DNA of 64,000 bases from an uncultured virus (IMG/VR IMGVR_UViG_3300031758_000011) (IMGVR_UViG_3300031758_000011:62001-126000), one strand, 5' to 3'. Shown: positions 39,481-47,712, numbered from the stretch's first letter. Notes: generated by a model not told the origin, from the sequence alone. Numbers and translations: made by a program.

Positions 39481-41100
39481 ATGAAACAGTTAATTAAAAA
39501 ATTATTTAAAGAATCTATAAAAAATATAAAAAATGATAAATTAATAATTGAAAGGCAAAAAATTGTTAATTTAAATAAATTATTTTTAATATTGGAAAAA
39601 GAAATCAAAGTTGGTGATAATTTAACTAAAAAATTAAATATCATTAACACACCTTTATCTAAAAAATTATTAGCGTTTTTAAATAGTGATAAAATAAAAG
39701 ATGACGCTAATGTCGAATATGTTGATTATGACAAAAAAAATGAAAAATTAATCACTTTAGGATATACTGATATTAATGGTAATACTAAAGAAAGATTGTT
39801 TAAGATTAATAAACTTCTCAATTATCTAGGTAGTAACATAAAAGATATTAAAGACTATGAAATAGAAGACCTTATTGGTCATCTTAAAACAGCTGATACA
39901 TCACAATTAAAAATGGTTGAAGGTGATGATATTCTAAAAGCATATCACTGTGGTAATTATGAAGATGGTGAAACTATGGGTTCATGTATGAGATTTAGTA
40001 GAGCGCAAGAATATCTTAAAATTTATACTGATAACCCTAATGAAGTTAAATGTCTTGTATTATTAAATCCAGAAACAAAAAAAGTTAGAGGTAGAGCGCT
40101 TATTTGGCATATGGATAACGACCAGTACTTTATGGATAGGATTTATACAACAAATAAAGAATTTAACACATTCTTCAACAATTATGCTGAAGAACATGGT
40201 TTTAGTAATAGAGCTAATTCGACAGTAACGCTTGAGAATGGTGGTGAATATGACACATACCCATTTATGGATACATTTGAGTATTATAATCCAGAAACTA
40301 GCACATTAGCGACTAGTGGAGAACAAGGTTGGATTCGATTACAAGACTCTCATGGTGGTCATTCAGAGGCTGGGGTTTATATTGAATATGGTGACCATGA
40401 AGGTGAGACTGTAGATGAAGATGAAGCGTTTTATTTATCATATAGAACACCAAATGGGTATGTAGAAGGTTACGCACACCAAGATGATATAGTATCAATA
40501 GATGGTGGTGTATACTTAATTGATGACTGTATTAAAACATATGACCATGAATGGATATATAAATATGATGATGATTCAGTACACGTAGAATTAACCTATG
40601 GTAGATACGAAGGCGAATATGCTAAATTAGATGATACCATAGAATTAGAACCAAATTACTATGGTGAAAATCAATATATAACAACTGATGACGACTATGT
40701 AACGTTAGATGACGACATTTATGAAATACCATATGCTTTTAGTGATGATACTGTAGAAACATATGATGAAAAAACAATATTAAAATCTGACGCTGTTGAA
40801 TTATACAGAGCACATTATGGTGAGGCAATGTTTGCACACCCAAATGACGCAACAAAAGTAAATACGAATGATTACGGTGACGTATGGGTGTTGGATACTG
40901 ATTTAGATGAGTTCGAAGAAAAGGAAAGAGAACGAGAAGAAAGGGATAAAAACATAGATTTAGAAAATTTGGCACAAAACCTTAAAAATGGTCTTATCAC
41001 ACAAAGCGAATACGATGAATTTGTTAGAAGAAAATCAAAACATAATGTTACTGAGAATAAAAAATTAATAAAAAAATTATTAAAGAATAAATTTGCATAA
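39481..41100 (+). CDS. Conserved phage protein (SCMR / GRALIW / DRIY / YPFMDT motifs), late class
   Basis: ORF track; IKKL(F/L)K motifs at both termini; TATTTAT upstream. Confidence 0.7.
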   Translation: MKQLIKKLFKESIKNIKNDKLIIERQKIVNLNKLFLILEKEIKVGDNLTKKLNIINTPLSKKLLAFLNSDKIKDDANVEYVDYDKKNEKLITLGYTDINGNTKERLFKINKLLNYLGSNIKDIKDYEIEDLIGHLKTADTSQLKMVEGDDILKAYHCGNYEDGETMGSCMRFSRAQEYLKIYTDNPNEVKCLVLLNPETKKVRGRALIWHMDNDQYFMDRIYTTNKEFNTFFNNYAEEHGFSNRANSTVTLENGGEYDTYPFMDTFEYYNPETSTLATSGEQGWIRLQDSHGGHSEAGVYIEYGDHEGETVDEDEAFYLSYRTPNGYVEGYAHQDDIVSIDGGVYLIDDCIKTYDHEWIYKYDDDSVHVELTYGRYEGEYAKLDDTIELEPNYYGENQYITTDDDYVTLDDDIYEIPYAFSDDTVETYDEKTILKSDAVELYRAHYGEAMFAHPNDATKVNTNDYGDVWVLDTDLDEFEEKEREREERDKNIDLENLAQNLKNGLITQSEYDEFVRRKSKHNVTENKKLIKKLLKNKFA

Positions 41101-41136
41101 TTAAAAAATCTTTTGTACATTTGTACTATAAGATTT

Positions 41137-41207
41137 GGTCTTATGATGTAACGGCAGCGTAACGGTCTCTAAAACCGATAGTGAGGGTTCGATTCCCTCT
41201 AAGACCA
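41137..41207 (+). tRNA. Amber suppressor tRNA (anticodon CTA)
   Basis: GGTCTTA/TAAGACC-A acceptor, CGGT-CTCTAAA-ACCG anticodon arm (CTA at 41169-41171), GAGGG-TTCGATT-CCCTC; own TACATTTG promoter at 41116. Confidence 0.9.
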
Positions 41208-41259
41208 CAAATAATGTTTACTTTGGCATTATTATTGATATATTTATTAAAAAAAAGTT

Positions 41260-41610
41260 ATGAAATAGGTTAACGAAAAATTAAGAGTTGTCACAAGACG
41301 CGACTTATCATTACCGACACAAGCGGTACAATCGGCACATGCTGCCATAGATTTCCAACACGCTCATCCTATAGAAGCGACAGAATGGCAATCAAAATCA
41401 AATTATCTGGCATTATTGACAGTCGCTAACGAAGAAGAATTAGTTAGACTATCAGAGAAAGCTGATTCTAGAGGAATCAAGTACACAATATTTAGAGAGC
41501 CAAACATCAACAATGAAATAACAGCAATAGCATTTGAACCTTCTGATTCTAGCAGAAGACTAACTAGTTCTTTTCCATTATTGGGAAGGGAGATAAATAA
41601 CAACGTTTAA
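41260..41610 (+). CDS. Peptidyl-tRNA hydrolase 2 (Pth2)-like protein with in-frame TAG at codon 3
   Basis: ATG-AAA-TAG-GTT... continues in frame as KLRVVTRRDLS...QAVQSAHAA...YLALL.V.NEEEL...FREP....ITAIAFEP; the ORF track caught only the 3' half. Confidence 0.8.
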
Positions 41611-41621
41611 ATTTTAATACT

Positions 41622-41651
41622 ATGATGTAGATATACAGAGCTCCACCTTAA
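41622..41651 (+). CDS. Mini-ORF MM(TAG)IYRAPP*, candidate arrest peptide
   Basis: ATG ATG TAG ATA TAC AGA GCT CCA CCT TAA, 11 nt after the pth2 stop. Confidence 0.55.
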
Positions 41652-41729
41652 ATTTATTTTAACATAGACAATAACATAGACACAGTGTCTATGTATAAAA
41701 ATAATAACTAAAAATAAAATAAATTTAAT

Positions 41730-42149
41730 ATGAAAACAGTAGAGCAAAAACAATTAGAAGTTAAAAATTATTTAACTAAAACAGAATTACACTTATTCAA
41801 AAATAAAAAAAGTGAATTATTCAAAATAATACCATTTGAAGTTGATGGTGAATTATATGTTACTAAAATAACTATAAAAAGTGATAACACTGTTGAATCA
41901 AAAGTAAGAAAAGTATTTAGAAATGAATATTATGATTTAAAAAGTGTTTGGAAATACATATTCTTTCCTTCATCAATTTATGAAAAAGAAAATGTTATTG
42001 CAATAAAACACTTTAAAACTATAAATAAATTTTTTGGTCTTTTACATGGTAATTTGACGATAGATGATGTTAAAAATGTTGAATATATGAATAAAATTAT
42101 TGACGCTTATAAATTAATTTTAAATTTTGTTGACAAAACGAATAATTAA
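41730..42149 (+). CDS. Hypothetical protein
   Basis: ORF track. Confidence 0.6.
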   Translation: MKTVEQKQLEVKNYLTKTELHLFKNKKSELFKIIPFEVDGELYVTKITIKSDNTVESKVRKVFRNEYYDLKSVWKYIFFPSSIYEKENVIAIKHFKTINKFFGLLHGNLTIDDVKNVEYMNKIIDAYKLILNFVDKTNN

Positions 42150-42189
42150 TAGTATATTAGTAAAAATAATTTAAATTTAAACATAAAAT

Positions 42190-42606
42190 ATGGTAATTAC
42201 AGAAAACAGTACTGTAAAAGTACATTACACTGGTAGATTAGATGATAACACAGTTTTTGATTCTTCTGCTGACAGAGAACCTCTATCTGCTGAATTAGGT
42301 AAAGGTATGTTAATCCCTGGATTTGAACAAGGATTACACGGAATGAAAGTAGGTGATAAAAAAACTATCACAATTCCAGCTGAACAAGCTTATGGTCCAA
42401 TTAGACCAGAAATGACGCAAGAAATCGAAAGAACATTTGTTCCAGAAGGTGTTCAAGTTGGTCAACAATTGGTTTCAGAAGGGCCAAAAGGGCAAATGGT
42501 TGTAACAGTTGCTGAAGTTAAAGAAGAAACTGTTGTGTTAGATGCTAATCACCCTTTAGCTGGTAAAGACTTAATCTTCGATTTAGAAGTAGTTGAAATA
42601 GCTTAA
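42190..42606 (+). CDS. FKBP-type peptidyl-prolyl isomerase (SlyD/SlpA-like)
   Basis: VHYTG.L.D..VFDSS, IPGFE, AYG, DANHPLAGKDL.F. Confidence 0.95.
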   Translation: MVITENSTVKVHYTGRLDDNTVFDSSADREPLSAELGKGMLIPGFEQGLHGMKVGDKKTITIPAEQAYGPIRPEMTQEIERTFVPEGVQVGQQLVSEGPKGQMVVTVAEVKEETVVLDANHPLAGKDLIFDLEVVEIA

Positions 42607-42687
42607 TTAAAAAAAATAAAAATATAAAACCCAGATTTACGTCTGGGTTTTTTTGTTTTATTAAAATTTTATTATTACATTTGTACT

Positions 42688-43818
42688 ATGGAAAAGAGAA
42701 TTATATTTGATATGCCAATACCAAAAGACATTTTACAAATAAAAGATGTTTTTAAGCAAAATGGTTTTAACCTATATGTTGTAGGTGGTGCAGTGCGTGA
42801 TGCGTTGTTAGGTAAAACACCTAAAGATTACGATTTGGCAACCGATGCTATCCCAGACCAAGTGGAAGACATAATGGCTAAAGGTGGTTTTAGAACTTTA
42901 CCAACTGGTAAAGCATTTGGTGTTATCAACGTCTTTACTGATATGGGTGAATACGAAATCGCAACTTTTAGGGAAGACTTATCTAGCGGTAGAAGACCAG
43001 ATGGTGTTAGTTTTACAGATATAGTAGGTGACGTTAAAAGACGTGACTTAACAATCAACGCATTATTTTACGATATAGACACGTCAGAAGTTGTTGATTT
43101 GGTTGATGGTATAGAAGACCTTAAAAACAGTGTTGTAAGGACTGTAGGTGCAGCTGAAGATAGATTTGGTGAAGATAGATTACGTATATTAAGAGCAATT
43201 AGATTTGCTGGTAGATTTGGTAGTGAATTAGACCCATCAGTTGACGCTGCATTGCAAAAAGATGCTAGTTTGGAAGGTATATCTGGTGAAAGAATCAGAG
43301 ATGAGTTTTTGAAAGGTATCAAATCAGCAAAATCTGTAAAATCGTTTTTAAAAATGATTGACAAATACAATTTATTTGATTGGGTTTTTAAAGATGTTAA
43401 TGTTAATAAAAATTTCATTGAAGATAATGATATAATTATTGTTTTAGCAATGTTGTTAAAGAATAATAAAGTTGATTTATTAACAAAACAATTGAACAAA
43501 TTAAAATACTCAATTGATGAAATAAGAGCTATTACATTTTTGATTAGTCTATTGAATTTGTCGATTGATACAGCTGTAACGCTTAAAAAAGCTGAAAAGA
43601 CATCTGGTGTAACAGCAGAACAAATAACTAGATTTGCTCAATTAAGTGGTATTGATGTAAAGATTATAGATACATTTTTATTATTTAAATTAACGGTTAA
43701 TGGTTCAGACCTAATGACAAAGATGGGGTTAAAACAAGGACCAGAATTAGGTAAAGAAATACAAAGACTAGAAACTGATAATTTTAAAAAACTTTATCTA
43801 GATATATTTATTTTTTGA
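42688..43818 (+). CDS. cca: tRNA nucleotidyltransferase (CCA-adding enzyme, class II)
   Basis: VGGAVRD, KDYDLAT, EIATFR, RRDLTINA, EDRLRILRAIRF; the window's tRNA genes lack encoded CCA. Confidence 0.88.
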   Translation: MEKRIIFDMPIPKDILQIKDVFKQNGFNLYVVGGAVRDALLGKTPKDYDLATDAIPDQVEDIMAKGGFRTLPTGKAFGVINVFTDMGEYEIATFREDLSSGRRPDGVSFTDIVGDVKRRDLTINALFYDIDTSEVVDLVDGIEDLKNSVVRTVGAAEDRFGEDRLRILRAIRFAGRFGSELDPSVDAALQKDASLEGISGERIRDEFLKGIKSAKSVKSFLKMIDKYNLFDWVFKDVNVNKNFIEDNDIIIVLAMLLKNNKVDLLTKQLNKLKYSIDEIRAITFLISLLNLSIDTAVTLKKAEKTSGVTAEQITRFAQLSGIDVKIIDTFLLFKLTVNGSDLMTKMGLKQGPELGKEIQRLETDNFKKLYLDIFIF

Positions 43819-43853
43819 TATTATAATATTATATTTATTTTTTATTAATTAAT

Positions 43854-44249
43854 ATGGCAAAATTTATAGCGATTTTTAATGATACCATTAGTGATGTAGA
43901 AGTGAATGGTTTTTCTGTAATGACAGATAAAGAAGTTGATGAATATGAAGAATTAGCTTACAGCATTACATGGCCATTCACTTACAAAATTGGTGATTAC
44001 GAATTAGAGTTTTCAGATGGTGAAGATTTATTATCTAAAATAGAATTTAAAGAACTAACGTTTGACGATTCCAAATCTTTAAAAAAAGTCTTTAACAATA
44101 AGTTTGGATTTTTCATTGATTTAGATTATTTAGAAACAATCGTTGACGAAGAAGATGATTTAGATTCTGATGATGAATTTGATGACGATGGTTATGATGG
44201 GTATGGTACTAATTTTTACGATGACGATGAGTACGATGAAAACTATTGA
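43854..44249 (+). CDS. Acidic hypothetical protein
   Basis: ORF track. Confidence 0.6.
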   Translation: MAKFIAIFNDTISDVEVNGFSVMTDKEVDEYEELAYSITWPFTYKIGDYELEFSDGEDLLSKIEFKELTFDDSKSLKKVFNNKFGFFIDLDYLETIVDEEDDLDSDDEFDDDGYDGYGTNFYDDDEYDENY

Positions 44250-44718
44250 CGTTAAATATTTTAAACAGACAAGCGGTAACACATGTGGTCCAGCATGTAT
44301 TTACATGGCTTGGTATCATTCAGTAAACAAAGACAATATGATTCAATTCGATATTGATATGAAATATAGTATTGAAGACATTGCAAAGTTATGTGGTACT
44401 GATTGGGTTGTAGGCACACCGCCAGAAAGATTAGCAAACGGTTTAAACATGTTAAATTTAAAATATGTTGAATACATATCATCACCACACCCTTTTGATT
44501 TATTAAAAACAATTATTGATAACGGAAACTTACCAATAATTAGAACGATAACGCAAGGTATTCCACATTGGATAATAGTTAATGGTTATGATGATAACTT
44601 TTTTCACATTAAAGACCCATGGTTAGGTGAAATTAAATATAATCAATCTGATTTAGATTATATATGGGAAGTTAGACAGTATCAATTTTTTGAAATTTTA
44701 ATGAATGAAAATAATTAA
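44236..44718 (+). CDS. C39-like cysteine peptidase
   Basis: Q....CGPAC, HWIIV, DP triad; start refined. Confidence 0.8.
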   Translation: MKTIDVKYFKQTSGNTCGPACIYMAWYHSVNKDNMIQFDIDMKYSIEDIAKLCGTDWVVGTPPERLANGLNMLNLKYVEYISSPHPFDLLKTIIDNGNLPIIRTITQGIPHWIIVNGYDDNFFHIKDPWLGEIKYNQSDLDYIWEVRQYQFFEILMNENN

Positions 44719-45148
44719 AGGAGTTACAGATGAATACATCGACCCAATATTAGATTGGGGTATTCATTTTGAACATGTAATGGATAAAGAATATTTTAAA
44801 TATTACATATCATGGACAGTAAACTTTGAAAACTCATTAATGTTATTGGATGACGATGACAAAGTTGTAGGTGCTTATTTGTTTTCTGAAAATCAAATAA
44901 CCGATTATTTCAAAAACACAGATAAGTTCAAAGGATTACATGGCGTTGAAGGTATCTTATTATTCATAGAAGAAAAACATAGAGGTGATGGTTGGGGTAA
45001 TAAGTTAAAAGACATGTCCAAAGAATTAGGATATGATTATATATGGGGGCAACAATTCAAAGGGTTGAATAATTTGCAAGATTGGTTGAAGCGAAGAGAG
45101 TTAATAACTGAAACTGATAACATCTATATAACAGCACAGATTTTTTAA
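44705..45148 (+). CDS. GNAT-like acetyltransferase
   Basis: LFIEEKHRGDGWG acetyl-CoA motif A. Confidence 0.6.
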   Translation: MKIIKGVTDEYIDPILDWGIHFEHVMDKEYFKYYISWTVNFENSLMLLDDDDKVVGAYLFSENQITDYFKNTDKFKGLHGVEGILLFIEEKHRGDGWGNKLKDMSKELGYDYIWGQQFKGLNNLQDWLKRRELITETDNIYITAQIF

Positions 45149-45182
45149 TGTTTTCTATATATTTATAGTTAAACTTTATTAT

Positions 45183-45665
45183 ATGAAAAAGAAAGAATTT
45201 TTAACTGAAACTAAAAGAAAAGCAATCATTGCTGATAAAGAAAAAGCAATCCTAGAATCGTTTGCAAAAACGTTTAACAAAATCAAACGTATTGATGAGA
45301 ATGAAGTTCCTATTATGGGTATTGATGAGAATGAAATCAGTAAATTTAAAGTTGGGGATATCGTCATTTGGAGCCCAAAAAAATCAAGATGGAATAATGA
45401 TTATTCAGTAAGATATGGTGCTAAAGCAAAAGTTATTGAAGCGTCAAGAGACATGTTAAGAATAGAGTGGTTAAAAGACCCTCGTAATTTAGAATTAGTT
45501 GGAGGGCAAATGGATGGAAATTATTTTACAGATGATTTTGAATTATCTAATGAAGATGGTGTTAACGCTAATAACGCTGAAGATTGGGAAAAAGAATCTA
45601 GAGCTCAACAAAATAAAAATGCATATCAAGATTTTGACCCAAACGACTTTAATCAAGGTTATTAA
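45183..45665 (+). CDS. Hypothetical late protein
   Basis: TATTTAT upstream; IDENE duplication. Confidence 0.6.
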   Translation: MKKKEFLTETKRKAIIADKEKAILESFAKTFNKIKRIDENEVPIMGIDENEISKFKVGDIVIWSPKKSRWNNDYSVRYGAKAKVIEASRDMLRIEWLKDPRNLELVGGQMDGNYFTDDFELSNEDGVNANNAEDWEKESRAQQNKNAYQDFDPNDFNQGY

Positions 45666-45775
45666 GAAAAAATTAAAAAAATAATTACAAAAACACTTGA
45701 CAAATAGAAAAAAAGTTTGTACATTTGTAGTATAAATTTAAACTTTTTAGAAAAAACGATATATTTAATATAAAA

Positions 45776-45871
45776 ATGAGAACAATTAACATACATATGA
45801 TTTCGATTAATAATTGGAGACGCAATAGTTTCCATAACGGTCAAGGTATGTTAAATAACATCATAGAATAG
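45776..45871 (+). CDS. Leader peptide MRTINIHMISINNWRRNSFHNGQGMLNNIIE (31 aa)
   Basis: Between the promoter (45720) and a terminator; contains the antiterminator segment GGTCAAGG. Confidence 0.75.
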   Translation: MRTINIHMISINNWRRNSFHNGQGMLNNIIE

Positions 45872-45929
45872 TAAAACATTTTATGAAGTAATCAACAAAA
45901 AGCCTTGACCACAAATCAAGGCTTTTTTT
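45839..45929 (+). promoter_or_regulatory. Transcription attenuator (terminator/antiterminator pair)
   Basis: Terminator AAAAAGCCTTGA-CCACAAA-TCAAGGCTTTTTTT (45897-45929); GGTCAAGG (45839-45846) is the exact complement of CCTTGACC (45903-45910). Confidence 0.75.
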
Positions 45930-45941
45930 ATGCTTATAACT

Positions 45942-46133
45942 ATGGAAGAATTAGTAAGACCACTCGGAAAAGTAAAAGTAAAAAAGTTTAACGAAAACTT
46001 TGATGAAATAGTTGACGAGTATAAAGAAAAAGCAAAACAAATGGGTTACAACGGTGACCTAAGATTTAAAAAAGAAAACGGTAACATAATAATATTTGTT
46101 ACAATAGACGGTGGCGTTAGCTCAGTTGGTTAG
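45942..46133 (+). CDS. Small hypothetical protein
   Basis: ORF track; its 3' end runs into the tRNA-His half gene. Confidence 0.5.
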   Translation: MEELVRPLGKVKVKKFNENFDEIVDEYKEKAKQMGYNGDLRFKKENGNIIIFVTIDGGVSSVG

Positions 46134-46144
46134 AGTGCTAGATT
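46110..46144 (+). pseudogene. 5' half of a tRNA-His gene truncated at the anticodon
   Basis: GGTGGCGTTAGCTCAGTTGGTTAGAGTGCTAGATT stops just before the expected GTG. Confidence 0.75.
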
Positions 46145-46201
46145 TTTAAAGTGATATTTACTTTTTGAACTATTATTCTATATTTATATAAAAACATAAA
46201 T

Positions 46202-46780
46202 ATGGAAAAAATAGAATTAGAAAAACTTCTTAAAGAAGGTTTATCTTTAAGACAAATAAGTAAAAAAACTAATAAATCATTAACGACTATAAGATATTGG
46301 GCAGATAAATATGGTCTTAAACCTAAAAAATATTATCATAAATGGAGTTTTGAAGAATTAAAACCTTTAATAGAATCTTCAAATTCTAAAGCTGAAGTGT
46401 TAGAAAAAATGGGTTTAACACTAAAAGCTGGTAATTATAGAACGTTAAAAAGGTATTTTGATTTATATGGAATAGATAATGATTTATATAAAGGTAACCC
46501 TAGAAGAAACGTTACTAAGGTAAAATATAGTGATTCTGAAATATTTTGTGAAAATTCACAATATAATTCTGGTCATTTAAAGAATAGAGTGTTAAGAAGT
46601 AATTTATTAGAGTATAAATGTGTAAGTTGTGGTAATACTGGTGAATGGATGGGTGGTAAACTAATATTACAAATAGACCATATTAACGGTATAAATAATG
46701 ATAATAGAATAGAAAATTTACGTTTTTTATGTCCTAATTGTCATTCACAAACTGAAACATACGCTGGTAAGAATAAATAA
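46202..46780 (+). CDS. HNH endonuclease with N-terminal HTH
   Basis: CVSCG...LQIDHING...DNRIENLRFLCPNCH. Confidence 0.9.
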   Translation: MEKIELEKLLKEGLSLRQISKKTNKSLTTIRYWADKYGLKPKKYYHKWSFEELKPLIESSNSKAEVLEKMGLTLKAGNYRTLKRYFDLYGIDNDLYKGNPRRNVTKVKYSDSEIFCENSQYNSGHLKNRVLRSNLLEYKCVSCGNTGEWMGGKLILQIDHINGINNDNRIENLRFLCPNCHSQTETYAGKNK

Positions 46781-46782
46781 AT

Positions 46783-46855
46783 GGTGGTTATGGTGTAACG
46801 GTTAACATGATAGATTGTGATTCTATTGATACCAGTTCGATTCTGGTTAATCACC
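46783..46855 (+). tRNA. tRNA-His(GTG)
   Basis: G-1, C73, ATAGA-TTGTGAT-TCTAT. Confidence 0.9.
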
Positions 46856-46895
46856 CTTGAACTGTAAGTTCTTTGACATGTTGGTAAATTAATAC

Positions 46896-46966
46896 ACAAG
46901 TATAGTTCAGTGGTAGAATAGCGGTCTCCAAAACCGTTGACGGGAGTTCGAGTCTCTCTACTTGTG
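46896..46966 (+). tRNA. tRNA-Trp(CCA)
   Basis: Cloverleaf; GCGGT-CTCCAAA-ACCGT. Confidence 0.92.
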
Positions 46967-46998
46967 CAATTAACTGAATATTAGTTAATTATAAATAC

Positions 46999-47085
46999 GG
47001 AGAGGTAAGCAGAGTTGGCCTAACTGCAACCGCCTTGAAAGCGGTAGGCCCTAGAGGTGTGTGGGTTCGAGTCCCACCCTCTCCG
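46999..47085 (+). tRNA. tRNA-Ser(TGA)
   Basis: ACCGC-CTTGAAA-GCGGT, long variable arm, G73. Confidence 0.92.
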
Positions 47086-47155
47086 CTAAAATTTAATTTT
47101 ATGAAAAAAGAATTTGATATGTTGTAAGGTCTGCTATTCACAGACTCACAACATT

Positions 47156-47344
47156 ATGAGTAAAAACGTAAACAGAGCAAAACTGAACAAAGCACAAAAT
47201 GGTAGACAATACCGAATCATGTTAATCAATGATTTCTACCCAATTTATTGGGATGAAGGTATTCGTTTCTATGGAAACAAAATGAGTTATCAAGTTAGAA
47301 TGTATAAAACTTGGAAACACTACCGAAAAACACAGTGGAAGTAA
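47156..47344 (+). CDS. Small basic protein within the tRNA array
   Basis: Start refined; ends YKTWKHYRKTQWK. Confidence 0.6.
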   Translation: MSKNVNRAKLNKAQNGRQYRIMLINDFYPIYWDEGIRFYGNKMSYQVRMYKTWKHYRKTQWK

Positions 47345-47355
47345 TTCCACAATTT

Positions 47356-47427
47356 TGTCTAATGGTGAAATGGTTATCACGCTGCTCTGATACGGCAGTA
47401 TTTCCAGTTCGAGTCTGGGTTAGACAA
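47356..47427 (+). tRNA. tRNA-Ile(GAT)
   Basis: Cloverleaf; CTGCT-CTGATAC-GGCAG. Confidence 0.85.
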
Positions 47428-47433
47428 CAAGAT

Positions 47434-47510
47434 GCAGATGTATCCCCTCAAGCTTATATCTTGTAGAAAGGGTAGTTGGTCACATGTGAGTTCGAATCTC
47501 ACCTTCTGTA
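47434..47510 (+). tRNA. Non-canonical tRNA-like gene, anticodon TAT (Ile)
   Basis: Acceptor and T-arm present; CAAG-CTTATAT-CTTG hairpin; no D-arm at the normal place. Confidence 0.55.
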
Positions 47511-47520
47511 CAAAATATAT

Positions 47521-47594
47521 TCTCCTTTAGCTCAGTAGGTTAGAGCAACGCACTGTTAATGCGTGGGTCCTAGGTTCGAATCCTAGAGGGAGAG
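47521..47594 (+). tRNA. tRNA-Asn(GTT)
   Basis: Cloverleaf; ACGCA-CTGTTAA-TGCGT. Confidence 0.93.
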
Positions 47595-47604
47595 CAACAA
47601 ATAT

Positions 47605-47706
47605 TCACCCATAGCTCAGTGGTAGAGCAAACGGCTAGGTATGATAAGTAAGTTCATACAAGGAGTGTTAACCGTTAGGTCCTAGGTTCGAATCCTAGTG
47701 GGTGAG
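47605..47706 (+). tRNA. tRNA-Asn(GTT) with 30-nt insertion in the anticodon loop
   Basis: AACGG-CT-[47637..47666]-GTTAA-CCGTT; all other arms perfect. Confidence 0.8.
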
Positions 47707-47712
47707 CAAAAT

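Noticed and set aside
45662..45844. Minus-strand 60-aa ORF
   Set aside because: Antisense to the promoter and leader peptide, with no supporting signals
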